Shown here piece by piece: positions 56,721 to 61,058 of a stretch of DNA of 61,058 bases. The stretch is from an uncultured Akkermansia sp. Its GTDB lineage: Bacteria > Verrucomicrobiota > Verrucomicrobiia > Limisphaerales > UBA9464. The stretch is from assembly GCA_964386625.1 (NCBI GenBank), contig CAYLTF010000001.1:1-61058 (forward strand), given 5' to 3'. The notes under the pieces are model-generated. The model was not told where the DNA came from and did no database searches. It worked only from the letters and a program-made list of their open reading frames with translations. Position 1 is the first letter of the stretch. Each line of letters begins with the position of its first letter. The translations under genes and the position numbers were made by a program.

Positions 56721-56830
56721 GCCCTCCCGGATGTCGGGTCGGGGACCGCCCATCCGGGGTATGGGAGACCGTGCTTCGACCCTTGCTTTGACCCGCTCCG
56801 CCGGATCTGCATCCTCACGGTCATCTCCTC

Positions 56831-57598
56831 ATGCACCTTGCCGAAATGACCTCGCCGCAGCTGGCCGCGCTGCCTCGCGAGACACCGATCGTGTTCCCCA
56901 TCGCCGCGGTGGAGCAGCACGGCGCCCATCTGCCGGTGGTGACCGACACCCGCCTCGTGGGCGAGGTGGCCCGCCGGGCCGAGGCGGCGCTCTCGCGACA
57001 GGTGGTCTTCGCCCCGGTTCTCTGGCTGGGCAACTCCGACCACCATCTGGATTTCCCAGGCACCCTGTCGGCGCCACCCCGTGCCTACCTCGATTTGCTC
57101 GGTGGGCTCGCCGACAACGTGCTGCGGCACGGCTTCAAGCGGGTGGTGTTTCTCAATGGTCATGGAGGCAATGATGTCCCAGGCCGGCAGGCGGTCTTCG
57201 AGTTGCGCCAACGCCACCGGGATGCCGACGGCCTGCTGCTCCTCTTCGCGACCTATTGGAGCCTCGGGGGCAGGCCTGCCGACCGTCCTGTGGCCGGCGG
57301 ATGGGTCCAACACGAGATGGGCCACGCCTGCGAGTGGGAGACCTCGATGATGCTGAGGCTCGATCCCGGCAAGGTCGGTCCTTTTGCCGGATTGCCATCG
57401 GTCGATGCCGCTCCGCCATTCCATCCGGCCCATCGCGGATGGGTCACCCGCGAACGCACTCCGACCGGGCACATCGGTCATCCCCAGGCCGCGTCCGCCG
57501 AAAAGGGCGAGGTGCTCTTCGAGGTCTTCTCCTCCGATGTGATCGGGTTGCTGGAGCGTGTCCGGCGGTGGGACGGTGTCTCCTGGTCCGAGGCCTGA
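56831..57598 (+). CDS. Creatininase-family amidohydrolase
   Basis: PIAAVEQHGAHLP and VFLNGHGGN metal-binding motifs, with HACEWETS later. These are typical of the creatinine amidohydrolase family. Confidence 0.85.
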   Translation: MHLAEMTSPQLAALPRETPIVFPIAAVEQHGAHLPVVTDTRLVGEVARRAEAALSRQVVFAPVLWLGNSDHHLDFPGTLSAPPRAYLDLLGGLADNVLRHGFKRVVFLNGHGGNDVPGRQAVFELRQRHRDADGLLLLFATYWSLGGRPADRPVAGGWVQHEMGHACEWETSMMLRLDPGKVGPFAGLPSVDAAPPFHPAHRGWVTRERTPTGHIGHPQAASAEKGEVLFEVFSSDVIGLLERVRRWDGVSWSEA

Positions 57599-57617
57599 GC
57601 GATTCGATTTCCACCCC

Positions 57618-58898
57618 ATGATCTCCCCCCTTCCATCCGGTTCACGTGGTTCGGTCTGGAAGTGGTCGGTGTGCGGGATGCTGTTGCTGGCCTCGGCCAT
57701 CAACTACATGGATCGGCAGACCCTGTCCGGACTCTCGGTGCGGATCACCCAGGAGTTCGGCATGACCAAGACCCAGTACGGGCAGGTCGAGGCCGTGTTC
57801 GGTTATGCCTTCGCGGCCGGTTCGGTGGTCTTCGGTTGGATGGCCGATCGATTCTCCGTGCATCGGGTCTATGCCTCCGTGCTGGCGCTCTGGTCGCTGG
57901 TCGGCATGGCCACGGGGTGGGCCCAGGATCATCAGGGATTGCTGGTGTTCCGGGGCTTGTTGGGCTTCTTCGAGGCCGGTCACTGGCCATGCGCGGTCCG
58001 TATCACCCGGTCGTTGCTGGATGAGCGGCAGCGCTCGCTGGGCAACGGGCTTCTCCAGAGCGGCGCCACCGTCGGGGCCATCCTCACGCCGTTGTTGTTG
58101 CCGATGCTGCTCGGATCGGGATCCGCCGACGGATCGGGGGCGTGGCGCCCCCCGTTCTTCGTGCTGGGAGGCGTCGGCCTCTTGTGGTTGATCCCGTGGT
58201 TCTGGTTGGTCCGCACCGGCGACCTGCACCCCGGCCATCCGGCGGATGGGACGGACCCGAAGGCGGTCGCCGCAAACGTCGGTCGCCCCTTCCTGGAGGT
58301 GCTTTTCAGCGGTCGCATGCTGGCGGTGATCGCGGTGGTGGCCTGCATCAACACCACCTGGCAGGTGCTGCGGGCCTGGTTGCCGATGTTCCTCCAGAAA
58401 GGGCGTGGCTACAGCGAGACCGAGGCCCTGCATTTCAACTCCGCATTCTTCGCCGCGGCCGATGTCGGGTGCCTGGCGGCGGGCGCCCTTGCCGTCGCGC
58501 TCGCCCGGCGCGGACGGACTCCTTCCGGGGCTCGATTCGCGGTGTTCGCCGGCTGTGCCTTGCTGTGTTGCGGCACGTTGGCGGCCCCGTGGTTGGGGCG
58601 CGGACCCTTGCTTCTGGCGGTGTTGTTGGCCATCGCGGCCGGGGCGCTCGGGGTGTTTCCCCTGTACCACACCTTCACCCAGGATCTCTCCGACCATCAC
58701 CAGGGCAAGATCACCGGGGCTGCGGGTGTCGCCGCCTGGATCCTGCCGGCCAAGGCCCAGATGCTCTTCGGCCTGTCGGCCGATCGCCTCGGGACCATGG
58801 ACCCGGGTTTCGCCCTGGCCGGCGTCCTGCCGCTCCTGGCGCTGCCGCCCCTTTGGTATCTCCACCGCATCAGGACCAAAACCCCAGCCACCCCATGA
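57618..58898 (+). CDS. MFS transporter (anion:cation symporter / hexuronate-transporter-like)
   Basis: About 12 TM segments. N-terminal INYMDRQTLS and GWMADRF motifs are typical of the ACS/ExuT subgroup. Start at ATG 57618. Confidence 0.85.
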   Translation: MISPLPSGSRGSVWKWSVCGMLLLASAINYMDRQTLSGLSVRITQEFGMTKTQYGQVEAVFGYAFAAGSVVFGWMADRFSVHRVYASVLALWSLVGMATGWAQDHQGLLVFRGLLGFFEAGHWPCAVRITRSLLDERQRSLGNGLLQSGATVGAILTPLLLPMLLGSGSADGSGAWRPPFFVLGGVGLLWLIPWFWLVRTGDLHPGHPADGTDPKAVAANVGRPFLEVLFSGRMLAVIAVVACINTTWQVLRAWLPMFLQKGRGYSETEALHFNSAFFAAADVGCLAAGALAVALARRGRTPSGARFAVFAGCALLCCGTLAAPWLGRGPLLLAVLLAIAAGALGVFPLYHTFTQDLSDHHQGKITGAAGVAAWILPAKAQMLFGLSADRLGTMDPGFALAGVLPLLALPPLWYLHRIRTKTPATP

Positions 58899-60172
58899 AC
58901 GCATTCGCCTCCCGCAGACAGTTCCTCGCCACCGCCGGCACCGTGGCTGGCATGACCGCATTCGCCCCGTCGGCGTGGGCCCTGAAGCGCCCGGCACCCG
59001 CCCGCAAGAAGATCGCGCTGATCGCCACCGAGGTGCGCCTGCACTCCCATGCGCAGCATTTCATCGATCGGTTCCTGGTGGGTTATGCCTGGGAAGGGGG
59101 GTGGCGGAAGCCGGAGGTCGACTTGGTGTCGCTGTACGTGGACCAGTTCCCTGAAAACGACCTGGCCCGCGGCACGGCGGCGCGCCACGGGGTGCCGATC
59201 CATGCGTCCATCGCCGAGGCGCTGACCCTTGGCACCGGTCGATTGGCCGTCGACGGTGTTGTGATCATCGGCGAGCACGGGAAGTACCCGAAAACCGAAC
59301 GGGGCCAGACCCTCTATCCACGGTACCGGTTCTTCAAGGAGGTCGTCCGCGTGTTCGAGGCCTCCGGAAGGAGCGTGCCGGTCTTCAACGACAAGCACCT
59401 GTCCACCGACTGGCGGGAATGCGTGGAGATGGTGGAGGACTCACGGCGCCTGGGTTTCCCGTTCCAGGCCGGCTCGTCGCTGCCGGTCACCAAGCGCATG
59501 CCCGCATTCGAGATGCCCCTGGGCACTCCGCTGTCGGAGAGCCTCTGCGCGGCCTATGGCGGGCCCGACAGTTACGACATCCACGGGCTCGAGACTGCGC
59601 AGTGCATGTCGGAACGACGGAAGGGCGGCGAGGTCGGGATCCAGCGGGTGCATGCGCTCCGGGGCGCGGCGTTCTGGGACGCATTGGCCCGACGCGATTC
59701 CACCGTGCGGCTGCTCGAAGCCGCCCTGTCGCGCAGCCACAACCTGCCTGTCAAGGATGGGTACCCGACGGCCCCGGTGGGTCTGGGTTGGGCCCGCGAA
59801 GTCTTCCCCGACGCCTGGGGCTACTTCATCGACCACCGCGACGGTTTCCGGACCACCCTGGCGATGCTGGCCATCCGCGACTTCAACTACGCGGGCTTGG
59901 ATTCCCGCACCGGCCGCATCCACTCCTGCCAGATGTACCTGCCGATGCCGACCCACGGCTCGTCCACGGCTGATTTCTTCAATCCGCAGATCCGCCATAT
60001 CGAGCGGATGGTGGTGGCACGTCGCCAACCCTACCCGCTGGAGCGCACCCTGTTGACCTCCGGGATGACCTTGGCCGGCGTGGAGTCCCTCCATCGGGGG
60101 CGACCGGTCGAGACGCCGGAGATGGCGGTCCGGTACCGGGTCGGTTCCGAGTCGTTCTTCTGGCAGGGGTGA
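58895..60172 (+). CDS. Tat-signal periplasmic protein with Gfo/Idh/MocA-like layout but no obvious GxGxxG dinucleotide motif
   Basis: SRRQFLATAGTVAGMTAF twin-arginine signal. KKIALIATEVRLHSHAQHF sits where the Rossmann glycine motif would be expected. Its ATG overlaps the MFS gene TGA (ATGA). The family assignment is inference. Confidence 0.65.
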   Translation: MNAFASRRQFLATAGTVAGMTAFAPSAWALKRPAPARKKIALIATEVRLHSHAQHFIDRFLVGYAWEGGWRKPEVDLVSLYVDQFPENDLARGTAARHGVPIHASIAEALTLGTGRLAVDGVVIIGEHGKYPKTERGQTLYPRYRFFKEVVRVFEASGRSVPVFNDKHLSTDWRECVEMVEDSRRLGFPFQAGSSLPVTKRMPAFEMPLGTPLSESLCAAYGGPDSYDIHGLETAQCMSERRKGGEVGIQRVHALRGAAFWDALARRDSTVRLLEAALSRSHNLPVKDGYPTAPVGLGWAREVFPDAWGYFIDHRDGFRTTLAMLAIRDFNYAGLDSRTGRIHSCQMYLPMPTHGSSTADFFNPQIRHIERMVVARRQPYPLERTLLTSGMTLAGVESLHRGRPVETPEMAVRYRVGSESFFWQG

Positions 60173-60401
60173 GCTCCGGGTCGAGGGAACGATCCGCTCC
60201 ATGCCCCGGCGTCCGGTTTTGATGCGCCTTCGGGTGCCGTCTTCCCGTCGTGGCTCCGCAGGTGACTCCGGTCACCGGTAATGCCACAGTTCCACGACAG
60301 CAAGGTGGGGTTTGCACGGAAGCTGCTAAGCTGCGGCCGAGCCTTGTTGAGTTGTCTCCGTCCTGCCCTTCCGGAGGGTGCGATGGGGCATACCTTTCAT
60401 C

Positions 60402-61058
60402 ATGAACTGGAATTCCCGAACTGGAGCGACCGTGGGTCGCTGGGTGTTGATGGCGATCTTGACCCTGCTGCCGGCCCGTGCCGGCAGCCTCCTGCGGGAG
60501 GTCTACAGTGGCATCCCCGGGGTGACCATCGACGCGCTGACCAACAGCCCGGCCTACCCGAATTCGCCCTCGTCCACGAACCTGATCACCGACCTCTTCG
60601 AGGCTCCGACCGATGTGGCCGACAATTACGGGCAACGCCTGCGGGGCATCCTCACGGCCCCGCTGACCGGCAAGTACACGTTCTGGATCGCCGGCGATGA
60701 TTACGCCTCGTTGTATCTGAGCACCGATGCCAGCCCGGAGAAGCGCCAATGGATCGCCGGCGTCCCCGGTTGGACCAGTTCCCGGGAGTGGGGCAAGTTC
60801 CCTGAACAGCAGAGCGCCCCGATCTCCCTGGTGGCCGGTTCACGATACTACATCGAGGCGCTCCAGAAAGAGGAGGGCGGCGGCGACAACCTCGCGGTGC
60901 GCTGGGTGCGCCCCGATGGCGTCGATGAGGGACCGATCCCCCTGGATTCCTTCGTCGCCTGGGGCCTCAAGCCCGAGGCTCCGCGGATCTCGCTCCAACC
61001 CGTCCCGGTGACGGTCGACGAACGGGGTGCCGCCACCTTCACGGTCGGATACGACAAT
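60402..61058 (+). CDS. PA14 domain-containing secreted protein (partial; continues beyond the window)
   Basis: This ORF is not in the track because it has no stop in the window. My translation from ATG 60402 reads MNWNSRTGATVGRWVLMAILTLLPARAGSLLREVYSGIPGVTIDALTNSPAYPNSPSSTNLITDLFEAPTDVADNYGQRLRGILTAPLTGKYTFWIAGDDYASLYLSTDASPEKRQWIAGVPGWTSSREWGKFPEQQSAPISLVAGSRYYIEALQKEEGGGDNLAVRWVRPDG... The YGQRLRG...TGKYTFWIAGDD...L..G..Y.IE....E..G.D...V.W pattern is the PA14 fold signature. Confidence 0.8.
   Translation, partial: MNWNSRTGATVGRWVLMAILTLLPARAGSLLREVYSGIPGVTIDALTNSPAYPNSPSSTNLITDLFEAPTDVADNYGQRLRGILTAPLTGKYTFWIAGDDYASLYLSTDASPEKRQWIAGVPGWTSSREWGKFPEQQSAPISLVAGSRYYIEALQKEEGGGDNLAVRWVRPDGVDEGPIPLDSFVAWGLKPEAPRISLQPVPVTVDERGAATFTVGYDN

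Noticed and set aside
56726-56758. Hairpin cccggatg...catccggg after the cytochrome-WD40 gene, considered as a terminator.
   Set aside because: It has an 8-bp stem but a 17-nt loop and no downstream T-tract, so it is not convincing as an intrinsic terminator.

Overview
This is a 61 kb GC-rich bacterial chromosomal segment with strong G/C preference at third codon positions. It most likely comes from a PVC-superphylum organism, probably Verrucomicrobiota. The evidence is a PEP-CTERM protein, a prepilin-type N-terminal protein, DUF1501 and DUF1549/DUF1553 proteins, a Planctomycete-type cytochrome c domain, and a Pirellula/Verrucomicrobium-type dehydrogenase/heme protein.

I call about 48 protein-coding genes. 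I found no rRNA, tRNA, CRISPR array, transposase, integrase or recognisable defence genes.

Housekeeping content:
- a Tol-Pal envelope cluster (tolQ, tolR, tolA-like, tolB, pal)
- aceE, serS, argG, mobA
- fabG-acpP-fabF
- mutM, maf, rluD, ftsK, glgC
- the rpsP / KH-protein / trmD / rplS ribosomal cluster

Accessory content:
- an orphan duplicated FtsX permease
- a sulfatase / beta-sandwich / SGNH-esterase fusion
- a DsbD-family reductase
- a translationally coupled three-gene operon of two c-type-haem dehydrogenase-like proteins flanking a glycosidase-like protein
- an 11 kb five-gene cluster of PVC-specific domains of unknown function
- a creatininase-family / MFS / Tat-signal protein operon
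- a PA14 protein cut by the window end

The most interesting items are:
- a membrane-anchored protein with six zinc ribbons wedged between tolQ and tolR
- the five-gene DUF1501 x2 / DUF1549-DUF1553 / secreted-repeat / cytochrome-WD40-coiled-coil cluster
- the haem-dehydrogenase operon
- an anomalous rimM slot

All functional calls rest on reading motifs in the translations. No database search was run. Many very long antisense ORFs in the track are GC-driven shadow ORFs and were rejected.
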